The notes beneath the pieces are model-generated. The model searched no databases, had not been told where the DNA came from, and worked only from the letters and a program-made list of their open reading frames with translations. The position numbers and the translations under genes were made by a program. A stretch of DNA of 56,487 bases, filler included, from Sphacelaria rigidula (Eukaryota): NCBI GenBank assembly GCA_964200075.2. It is 3 parts of 3 records of this genome, joined end to end, with 100 filler letters (N's around TTAATTAATTAA, not from the genome) between each part and the next. Parts side by side here need not be neighbours in the genome. Positions count along the whole stretch, not along the records: positions 1 to 18,766 come from CAXNAA020000796.1; positions 18,867 to 37,631 come from CAXNAA020000797.1; 1 more part is not named here. One strand, given 5' to 3'. Numbering within the stretch: the first letter of the stretch is position 1; each line of letters starts with the position of its first letter. Shown one piece after another: positions 11,701-22,000 of the stretch.

Positions 11701-14700
11701 ATAAATACGATGCTTTGAGAGTTATATCTGCGAGCGCTGTAGTGCAGTACGTCTAGGATTTGTCTCGTTCTAACGTCCATGTCCTCTGAATTGCCAACTC
11801 CATGTTGTCTCTTCAATGAACGTCCTCGTCGCTGTGACCACGATGTCAGGGTTCCAACTACCCAGTGGAACAGAAATAGCGCCGGCAGCCGCGACAGCCG
11901 AGGCAGACGAAGATAGTATGCCCAAGGAGGACCCGTCGAAACTTCAACGGGCGGAAGGCGAGGAGCAAGAACAGGTGTGCGTTACCTGCCTGACCATTGT
12001 ACTTGTGCGTGCGATATGGTGATGGTCGCGTGTCCTCACCTCTTTGTGTTGTGTTCTCTGTCCGTGACCCGCACTACTGGCGTATGCGGCATACGGCCAG
12101 TTCTCATGGGTTCAGAGGAATAATCGACGTGACTTTACCACTTCACCACTCGGTAGTTGACAGATATTTGTCGGAAATTCATGGTTTGTGCAGGTGCTGA
12201 TGCATTTCGAATAACACTAACCCTAACCCTAATCCCAACACGCCAGGAGCATAGCGCCTCCAAATATCCGGATTTCGGTGTCCACACTAAAATCCAAAAC
12301 TGCACCTGTCACAAACCGGAAATTTCCGAGAACAAGCTGTCAAGTGGTGAAGTCTACTGAAAAAATCCTGTTGAAAACTGTTTTTTGGGCCCTTCTCCGT
12401 CGTTTTACTCTCGAAAAGAGTGCTAGGTGGATGTTGGCACCTTGGAATAACTTGCTCCACTCTTCAAGACCGTTGCAGGGCTACCTTGCGTTTCCCGCTG
12501 GCCGCAGTTTCATTTTTGGCCAAACTTACCTTTTCGATAACAGACGGTCGAGTGATGGCCCTTGTTTCGGGCGTAGAATGACGGAGAAGAGCCCAAAAGG
12601 TAGTCTACAACAGGATTTTTTTCCAAACCCATGAGAACTGATCTAAATGTTTATGGTTTATTCACGCTAAAACTTTGGTACCAGCTGGTTTCGGGAAAAC
12701 ACTCGAGCATACCCTTTACCGAGATTTTTCTCCAGCCCAAGTTCAGAGCGAGTTATGATATAAAGAAATATTCGCATACTTACAACCGTGTATGAACACA
12801 CCCGCTTTGGTATATAATATATATATATTTGTTATCTGATGTCGATGTAAGGGCATATTTTGTCAACATGTTCATTGTTAGTCCTTTTTCATTGTACCGT
12901 TTTTTCTCACTTCGCACTTTGAAATACCTCCGTATTTTCATGAATTACGAACGTGTGGGGTTCTAGGGCTAATGTTTGTGCACGTGATCCCCATTCCCGG
13001 GCAAGCACGGCACCTAGCAAGAACAATAATGAAAATGGTTTAAATGTATCCGATAGTGGAGGTTCAAGTCTGGTGAGAGTTTCGGAGCAAAATAAGGTTA
13101 TGTGGGACTTCAGAGAGCGGAAGTTGTCGCCGTTCTGTCGCTCACTAGGACTACCACTATCATATAACATGGCTTTTCACGTGACTGAGGCAACACCCGT
13201 AATCTTTGAATCATCGGCACTGTGTTTGAAAAACTTTGATGCCTCGTTCAATGAACGCCTCTACTGAAGTTGGGTGTAATAAGCCGATTTTTCACTTCAG
13301 TACTGACTGTACGACGGACCTAGTTTCTGGAAGTGTCAAATGCAGACTCTTTTGGGCTACGTAGTATATATACCCACAGTATATCAATAAGTTGAAGGAG
13401 GGCATAGGATTCAGAAGTCGTAAGTCATCCACTCCCACAGAGGACCAACGAGGTGACAAGAATTCGGAATAGTAACAAATACCCTCACGCCGAAGTGTCG
13501 TATCCAACAGTGTTCCAGGACAAACCTGTGCCGGATTTCGAAGTCAACAAGAAGCGTGACTGATGGACACGGTGTCACATCATGAAGCAAATACACACAC
13601 AATGCTGTAAAATATACCTGGCTCGTGTACAAGTCATGCATCGCGAAGCCAGCACGAGGCTTGGGCAGCTTCGATTTGCAAGTAAACACCAGGTCCAGCG
13701 AAGTCGTCGTGCTTAAATAGTTGCAGATTTACACTGTATTCACCGTGTCGCAGTATCCTCTAGCGAAATCATGTCTTCACAGCCGCCGCGCCCCGGTGGT
13801 GTGAATTGAAATGGTCCGACTGTCACCATTAGCTTGAAGAGAACGTGGGTTCGATTCCTGAGACCGCTCTGTATGACAACCACTCTGTATTTGTACAAAT
13901 ATGAGGATTTTCAGCCCGTCTACAGCCGATTTTCTCCCGTAGATGGATTTTTCGACCCCCAGTCCGTTGGGCAATGTTTTTCGCCTAGCTCTGAGGAAAT
14001 CCTATCAATTCTTCGATTCTCTGGACTTTGACTTTTCCACCTTTCTGCTCAGATCGGGAGGCTCCCGCATCTACCCGAGGAATTCCATGCTATAGCAGTA
14101 TTTGTGGCGTGTTCTTTTAAACGGGGCGTGATGGTTAAAACATAGTGATACAGCAGGCGAAGGAACACCTTGGCTGCACTCACCGTTAGTACTACAGTAG
14201 TGGGCGGTCTAACTATTCATTTTGTGGCATTTTGTGATTTTTTCGTAATTGGTGATTTTCTTTTGCTCTTTTTGCTTGTCACTGCTTATCACACTGTGGA
14301 TTTGAGGACACTTGTATTCGCTCCACATTTCCAGAAAAAAATATCACCTGCTCTTAATATTGAGTGACTTACGCGCTGACCGATCATCGGGGGTTCTGCC
14401 ACGTTTCAGCCCAGATTCCTTCTTTTTGGAATTTCCGGTCGATCGAGCCTGTCCCGATCGCATTCGTGAAGAAATGCACAGTTTTATTATTTCGAAATTC
14501 TACCTACTTATCGCTCTACAGCCGAAAAAGTGTGTTTCACGGTCAACAACGCCCTCCTGATATACGGGGTATTTACTCGTATCGCCCGATAACACCAACT
14601 GACACTGACTTGAGCACTGTGTTTCGAAGATGGTCTGTTTTGTTTATTGTACCAAAATCTACCGACGCTAGCAATTTCGAGTTCTATCGAAGAGTAGTAC

Positions 14701-16685
14701 GCGAAGAAAACCCCCAAAAAACCCTGAATGGTTAGACCGCCCACTACTGTATCTAACTTGGAGTCTTGGGCCGTTTGTTCTAGTTCGTATTGTGTTTGGC
14801 TCGTATTTTCCACTTCTAGGACATTTGACAAGGTTTTTGACCCCCAAACAGGGAAAATCGCCATCACACTTCTTGGACACTTTGTATCACCCCACCGAGG
14901 GACCTAGCCTACTTTTCCGATTCGCTTGGGTCAGAGATTTCGAGACTGGTGAAAATACAGGCTGTGCAATATATGTTTCCCTCGTATTTTCGTCCAGAGG
15001 CCGCTCTCGAAATCTCTGACCCAAGCGAAACGGAAAAGTGGGCTAGGCTCCTCTCGGTGGGGTGAAACAGTGTCCAAGACGTGTGGTGGCGATTTTCCCT
15101 GTTTGGAGGTCAAAAACCTTGTCAACTGTCCTCGAGGTGGAAAATACCAGCCAAACAAAATACGAACCGGAAGAAACGGTCTTATGCATGTAGCACACCA
15201 AGTATTACACAGTGGCTGATCCGTTTTTGACGGTTCCTGTTTCGTCGCGGATGTAGACATGACTGGGCTATTCCGGTCACAGCGTTGTGTTTGCCTTGAG
15301 AGCGTGTGTGGTAAGTGGTACGTGGTACTTCATATCTACCCCGTGTACATGGAGATAAAAGATACGGCAGAGAAAGCTCGCGCTTAGTAGTGGGACCAGC
15401 TTGTAAATTTGGAAGCAGTATGTAGGAAGGCCGAGTGCCACCCTCTGAAGTCCGAATGGCCACCTGCGGCACCGGATCTTCTGAGGTTAGCCACACTTAT
15501 TCTCCTTCTCTATTATTTATTCCTGTTTTGCTTGTATCGCGTTTTGTGAGTTTTCAGCTGTTTTTTTTTCTTTTGATTTTGTCTGATTATTTTATACGTT
15601 ATTATAGGTAGCTAGCCTGTGGCCACGGAAGGCGTCCGCATCAGATGCCCAGTACGAATGTACCGCGCAGATATCGGAACGGTTTTAATGTGAAGACAAC
15701 AACAAGATGTATACGTATTTTGCCACGAAGGCGTGGGGATCGTCAAGTCAGTGGCCACTGTAATCGAATGTTCCAAGTTCGGGTAGCTAGAGTAACAATA
15801 TTATGGTATTGTGACCTTCGAGGTATCGTGTGCCCCGTATGGCGCATGTCACTGCTTGTTTTTGTTCAGTTCTAGCAGCGTTCGTAGCTGCACTCACGTC
15901 AAACCCGGTGCCCTCATCTCGTTTTGGGCGCCACGGCGCTCCCCTCTTGGCTGCCGCAGATGGTGAGATATGTGGCACGGCTACATTTACAGTGTGCCAC
16001 AAATTGTACGCGTACAGCGTCGAAGCTGTGCCAAACGATTCGAATAGCATGGGTTATCCGCCCCCCATTAGCTTTGGCGACATGTCTCACTGTAAGCTCA
16101 CATCCCGTCTACAATTGGTCACAGATCGTTCATGAAGTCAGGGCGAAGCTGTATAGATTCAAGTCCGACGAACGCGCGTGGGGAGACATGGGGGTCGGAG
16201 TTTTGAGACTGATGAGGAATGAAAGCACCGACACGCGCCGGTTGGTTCTTCGCAATGACATGGGCAAGGTGAGTGATTCATTCTTGGAGTTCCCAAGTGT
16301 TCCAATTGCCACGGTGCCTCATTTTGAGTGCCACTTGGATATGAGCGTTAACGACTTGCGTCCGCCGAGATTGTGGCTATAATGTGGAAAGTAGGTAAAA
16401 CCGCAACCGAAAATGTGCCACGCTTTAGGGGCGGAGACGAACAAGCTGTCGAAGATACGTGATGCAGTGGGTAAACCTTTTGAGGAACGACTCCTGTCTT
16501 CGCTTTTTCAGGTTTTATTGAACGTGGCCTTGTACGCGGGCATGAAGCTGGAATCCGTGAAGAACACGGTCAAGTTCGTGGCCAACATTGCGGAAGCCGG
16601 TCCGTCCAGTGTGATGATCAAGGTCAAGTCGGACGACGCCTCTCCTCTTTTCGAAAAGATTAAGGAACAGCTGCCGCCCGCTTAG
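5732..16685 (+). CDS. NUP50: Nup50/Nup2-like nuclear pore protein (N-terminal importin-alpha-binding motif, FG repeats, C-terminal RanBP1/Ran-binding domain), 5 exons, about 638 aa
   Basis: Exons 5732-5823, 6028-7409, 11850-11974, 16125-16268 and 16512-16685; all junctions GT-AG and phase-compatible (total 1917 nt). N-terminus MPKRGHDED...DVIKGRRKAK; FSFG/FTFG repeats; Nup50-like middle motif LNKCLSIWLSHALETNP...LLDYIAH; RanBD EVRAKLYRF...WGDMGVGVLRL...RRLVLRNDMGKVLLN. Confidence 0.88.
6155..6560 (+). repeat. Coding tandem repeat, 5 x 81 bp (27 aa FG-repeat unit VPAFSFGAPAAVSKPAEPSGAxxxTSG)
   Basis: TATCCAAACCAGCG recurs with an 81-bp period (about 6204, 6285, 6366, 6447, 6528). Confidence 0.9.
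12361..12622. mobile_element. Internally deleted relative of the 43.3-kb foldback family with about 55-bp TIRs
   Basis: AAAAATCCTGTTG...TTTTGGGCCCTTCTCCGTCGTTTTAC versus GTAGAATGACGGAGAAGAGCCCAAAA...CAACAGGATTTTT; shares CACCTTGGAAT.ACTTGCTC and TTTTTGGCCAAAC with 43440-43525. Confidence 0.7.
14195..14749. mobile_element. MITE, Tc1/mariner-type (TA target-site duplication, 25-bp TIRs starting CAGT), 555 bp, in Nup50 intron 3
   Basis: TA|CAGTAGTGGGCGGTCTAACTATTCA ... TGAATGGTTAGACCGCCCACTACTG|TA; TIRs match at 24 of 25 positions; no ORF. Confidence 0.85.
14769..15181. repeat. Long foldback inverted repeat (about 175-bp arms, about 60-bp loop)
   Basis: 14769-14945 is the imperfect reverse complement of 15005-15181 (e.g. 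TTCGCTTGGGTCAGAGATTTCGAGA / TCTCGAAATCTCTGACCCAAGCGAA). Confidence 0.9.
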
Positions 16686-17815
16686 GTACAGCCTGGCGCA
16701 CTCCTGTCACATTTACGTGTTGCGCAATCGCAAAGGCTTCATGATTTCCCGGGCGATGTAGGTCACGACCTGACCTTCACGGCAGCTAGCTGGGACCGCA
16801 CAGCATCACTAGACGCCGGAACCAAGAAGTGTTGCAAAAAAAAGACTTTCGTGCGTATCAAATCGATGCGGTACACCGTGATGGTATTGCTGAACAATCA
16901 GGACGCCGGTAACTTATGTGGGTTAGGAAGCCCGGGCTTGGGCAAAGATTTAGGCTGTGCTTTTATACTTCGATGTACGATGATTGTGTCGCTATTCCTA
17001 CCGCGCGACAGCGAGAGTTTGCGATAAGAGTGTTCGCGCAGAAGGGTTTTTGTTCTCAGGTATGTTCCAAAAGTATGTCCCGAAAGTCTCGTAGCTTCTG
17101 CTGAGTGAGTCCCGTAGCTTTTGTTGAGTGAGTCTCGTAACTTGTCATCGAAAGAACGTTGGAGTATCGCCGAAACAACACGAATAGATGGATTGCATAT
17201 GCATAGCTTGGAAGATGAGATGATTTTTCTGTCTAAAAATGTCCCAACACACAACATGGATGGTCAGCCCCACCAGAGACCACCCTGAGCGCATGAAAAA
17301 GGGGTAACGCTCGCGGTCATCCGAAAATGTTTCCGAAACAGGCAGGACAGCACTACTGAATACAGACCACACTGAAATATGATAAAGGGCGCCCCCCGAG
17401 CCTGTGCAGGCTGGGCCGGCCTAGACGCGGACTTGAGCTCTCAAAGCAAAATCTCATCGACACGGATCAGTTGGTCCGTGATCCGCATATCGTACTACAG
17501 TATTATAATGGTGTGATGAAGAGGAAGGTGCCCATGTGCTCAAAAGTCTGAGCCAATCTTTTCTCGCTGATCGAACCTCATGTCTAGTAATTCCTATATC
17601 TTACGAAGATGGCGTCCATACTAAAAGCTTGAAGCAAACCGAGTCTTTTTACGATATATACCCAAAAACCAGCGCATAAGTATCAAAAGAAAATGATCAA
17701 ATAGCGCCTCATGTTTGGTTCCAGGCTTCATAAAGCGCCTCACATGGGCGACATCGGTGAAAACGAACCCAAGCGTAGGAATTCCCAGCTGCTCGTTGTG
17801 CTATTTCTTCACTTC

Positions 17816-18197
17816 GATTTATGTGCAGATTTTGCCTCCCCAAACCAGCCACTTTTTAGGGAGCTATCATAGGAAGTGCCATCCAACCCCAAACGATATA
17901 TACAGCGGATGATGACAATTTTGGGTGTGCACATTCCCTGGAGCGCGGGGGAACGATCGATACTCTCAGCTTCGCCGAATTCATTCATCTCGAGATACAA
18001 TATGGTGATTTATGTGCAGATTTTGCCTGCCCAAACCAGCCACTTTTTAGGGGGCTATCGTAGGAAGTGCCATCCAACCCCAAACGATATATACAGCGGA
18101 TGATGACAATTTTGGGTGTGCACATTCCCTGGAGCGCGGGGGAACGATCGATACTCTCAGCTTCGCCGAATTCATTCATCACGAGATACAATATGGT
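17816..18197. repeat. Tandem duplication, 2 x 191 bp
   Basis: 17816-18006 and 18007-18197 are near-identical with a few substitutions; the duplicated ORFs at 17876 and 18067 are offset by 191. Confidence 0.92.
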
Positions 18198-18309
18198 GCA
18201 CATAAGGTTCCAGACTAGAATCAATATATTACGAGCAGGGGCACAAAATGCATTCAACCTTGATACGACCTGGGTGACGCTATTCACCCAATAAACACCC
18301 ATCGGCAAA

Positions 18310-18588
18310 ACCTCACGCCGTTTTAAGGAGATGGACCCTAAAATTTTGCACAGATGTTCTATGGGTCATTACGCAACTTCCGAAGGTCGACGGTTTTTTT
18401 TCACTCTCTGACTTTTTTCGCCTTTTTTCGGGGATCCCAGTTTTTCGGCGAGACATCAATCCAATCCGACCGCCGCGGCACGGTAAAAATAAATGAGTGA
18501 AGAAACCTCGTCCATCCAAAGTTGAATAATGACCCAGAGTACAGTTGTGGAAAATTTCAGGGTCTAACTCCTTGAAACGGCGTGAGGT
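18310..18588. mobile_element. MITE-like element with about 70-bp imperfect TIRs
   Basis: ACCTCACGCCGTTTTAAGGAGATGGACCCTAAAATTTT... versus ...AAAATTTCAGGGTCTAACTCCTTGAAACGGCGTGAGGT. Confidence 0.7.
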
Positions 18589-18766
18589 CTTTCGCTTTTG
18601 TGCGATGAACTTTGCCGTGCTTCGCTGAAACCGCGAACTACTTGATTTTTTTTGCGAAAACGGCATTTTTTACCCTTGACGTGAACATGGAAATTCAAGC
18701 ATCAAACAGCCGATTTTATTTTTTGGGGTTCATACAAAATATGAGGCTGAAGTGGCATATCTCTCT

Positions 18767-18866
18767 NNNNNNNNNNNNNNNNNNNNNNNNNNNNNNNNNN
18801 NNNNNNNNNNTTAATTAATTAANNNNNNNNNNNNNNNNNNNNNNNNNNNNNNNNNNNNNNNNNNNN
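18767..18866. other. Artificial scaffold gap/linker (N44-TTAATTAATTAA-N44)
   Basis: Exactly 100 bp with a six-frame stop linker in the middle. Confidence 0.97.
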
Positions 18867-19018
18867 CGAACAACCGTTGCTACTTTCAACGACGATCTGA
18901 CTCGAAATTCCGAGCAACAAATGGCCCGAAATACCCCCCTCCCCTATCGTAGTAGGATGACTCGGATATTCCCCTCCCCCCACCCGGCCCACCCGCCCCC
19001 TTGTTGTCCCTCTGCACG

Positions 19019-19061
19019 AAAGGGTATGACATACAGACCAGGTCTGTATGTCATACCCTTT
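19019..19061. repeat. Perfect 43-bp palindrome (21-bp arms, 1-nt centre)
   Basis: AAAGGGTATGACATACAGACC-A-GGTCTGTATGTCATACCCTTT. Confidence 0.95.
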
Positions 19062-22000
19062 GCTCTACACGTTTTTTTATCGCGCGTATACACTGTACTA
19101 TATATATTGTATTTCCTTCCAGCGCACGAACGTGGCACCTCAACAGACCTCCCCTCGAAACCAACGCGGCACGTACTGGCAGTACATACGAATTAGAAGG
19201 AAATTTACGTGCTTTTGTTGCAAGGTTTTTGTGGCCCGAAAAGGGGGCTTCATAGGGCGTGGGAGTTGGCTATTTCCAATCCTGATGTGTACCCCTGGGC
19301 GCACACAACGTTGTGATCCGGCGAGTTTGGTGGCTGAAGGTATAGATGCTGTGATTTTGCCGTATGAGGATGTGGTCGAGGCTTTTTTTGTCCCCGGGAC
19401 GATTCGCAATACCGTTGAACGTACGCGACGTGCCTCCCTTTGGGACGGGAAAATTGTGTTGGTCAGGGCAAGCCTGTTGTCACCAGCAAACCATAGCAAA
19501 GAGATGCCGTTGCTGTCGAAAATTCTCCGGAGTCCCGGCCGCGCGCCCCCACTATTCTACAATTCTCACCCGTTGTTCTTCCCCGAATCCTACCTTCAGC
19601 GTTCATCAAAATAAACATTATATATGTTGTTGAGGTGATTATGTGCGTCGTGTTCTCAAAGTCCCAGACCTTGGTGATAAAAGCAGTACAAATCGGGACA
19701 ATATTTATGTATGCTAGTTGATCTCAAGTAAGCTGTTGCTCTACCTGAATATAAAACGGTGTAGAACACTATTTGGACAATCCGCCCACTGATAGCCGAG
19801 GTACCTTTGTTTGGTAGTACCCCGCCTCACACAGCCTAGTTACTACCTTAGTATCTGACCCGCGGTCAGCGAAGATCGTGTTCAGGTCGTCACTGGAAAA
19901 GCACGGCAAGCCGTACTCCACTAGTATTCATTGAAGCACTCTCCGATGAACAGACGGTTCCAAAATGGAACAGCTCATTCATTACGTGTGATAAAAGTAC
20001 CGTTTGCATCGCAGGGGAAAAGGAGGTCTTGTGCGACGATGCTACGAACAGACTGTCGTTTGATCGATAAAATGGCGATACATACATTCGTATCGTAACT
20101 GTGGGACGATTCCTCAACACACGGGTAAGCAAATACAGGGGAGGGGGAAAGGTTCATTATTTGGCGTCTCTGTCAAATCCTCAGCTTAGAAAACCAAGCG
20201 TTCTCGACTTGTAGACGATGCCATACAGCGAGTCCATTCTTCTGAGCTTCTGGGCTGCTGGGTTACATGGTCGCGGGTCTGAACATGCTTTTTGTCGGTT
20301 CATACTAATTTATTCTTGTGAGTCTCAATTACAGCACTGCACGCAGTGCCGCGCGCTGCCGAACGTTGACAACTGTACACCTTGTAGCGAAGGCAAGAAC
20401 ATGATGATTGATGCTGCAAGGCATAGAGCGAACACAAGCGCCCCACCCAACCGCGGGTGTCTTGATTCGCCCTCTCGCAGCAACAACCCCTCATCGTTTC
20501 TGGGCTTGCCTCCACCCTACGGAGGGTTTATGCTTCCGAACAGCATGCATCCGAGCACAAAGGGTTTTTTGACGTGTTTCTTTTGGTGCGGGCATACGGA
20601 GGAAGCGGACTCTGAAATGGAGGAGGAAGAGGATTTATCCGTGGGTATGCCAGATGTGAGTCTGCTGACCATACGGTATCATTACTGCCTGTGCTGAGTA
20701 CTACTCGTTGGTCCTGCCGGTCATGCGGTCGGTGTGATTGCTTCCCCGTTGGTCTACACTACAACCAGGTGGTTTATTCCCGGCTTGAGTGTTCCCCTGG
20801 TCACTCCTTCACGATTCCAGTAACTCCCTGTCGCATATTGTCCGTCTGACTGTGTATTGCGTCTATTATAGTGTATGTATAACCGGACAGTTGTTGTGTG
20901 TGGTCTACTCTTCTTCAACTTCGGTTGCTGCATAGATGTGCGATACTATGCCATACTATACTGTCTGTGCTGACTTTGTTGCCTTGCGTAAACCGCTCTC
21001 TGAACCTGCTGTATGGTACGTAGAACTCCAAGGATGTTTCGCATGTGGTTGTATCGCACAACCCGTCTGGTTGTTCATGGACAGTAGTTGACACTCCTCG
21101 CCGTTCAGGTTCAACTCAACATCATATGCCCCTAGTTGAAGCATTGCCACCAACCGACGCTCAAGTGTGCAGTAAAGCATGGCCAGTGAAGAGCATGCTA
21201 CAGGCGAGACACTTCGCCTGAGATAGGAAGCAACGGGGGAATGTAGCGTCAAAAACTGCGAAGGCAACGAGCACGTGTTGTGTGAGCATGCAGGGTTATT
21301 TAGCGAATTTAGTCATGTTTTTGCATGTGTAAATTGTGGTCCGCTGCCGTTACGGTTCGTCCTGCGGAGTGGGGGGCAGCTGGCCTGAGTCTGTGCGTGT
21401 CATCTTGTATCGTCATGGTTGACAGTTGACATCAAAATGTATACCCGTAACTGTCTGCTTATTTCTGCCTGTAGTGTGTGTTCTTCTGAAAAGGAATCTT
21501 GGGTGCACGAGATGCAAGCGCTCAGTGTAGTTGGCAGGAGTGTGCAATCACGCTGCAGCTGTTCAAAGTCATTGTAGAGGCCGATCTTCGCAACCCCTGT
21601 CATGTCCCTCTCTGGTGCAGTGGATTACAGAGATGGATACAGTCAGAGTGTGTCATTGGCGTGGCTCTTGAAATTCCGAGAAGAACGCATAATTATCCTT
21701 CCCTCCAGGCTGAGCGGCGTCCTGCAGATACATGTCCCGTTCTGTTGTAGTTGACGTAATGTTGATGTTCAACACTTCCAACACTGGAAAAAAAGGTTGG
21801 TACTCTTGTATTACACCAAGTGCATGTTACACCGGGGGTAATGACTGCTATTTCGAGGCATATGCATTTTGTTGCACATTCCGTGAATGCCCCAGGGTGA
21901 CATGAGACCCCGTTCTGCCGAGGCGAAAAAAAGATAGCGAGTGAAAAAACATGTTGATTGGTGGTTGCGATATCCCCTTCCCTCCCTCTCGGCAAGGACA

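Noticed and set aside
18759-18766. ATCTCTCT / CTCTCT immediately before both gaps (adapter remnant?)
   Set aside because: Too short to distinguish from the start of a (CT)n microsatellite or chance.
18811-18822. TTAATTAATTAA palindrome inside N runs (also 37676-37687)
   Set aside because: Artificial six-frame-stop scaffold linker, not biology; adjacency of genes across these joins is not guaranteed.
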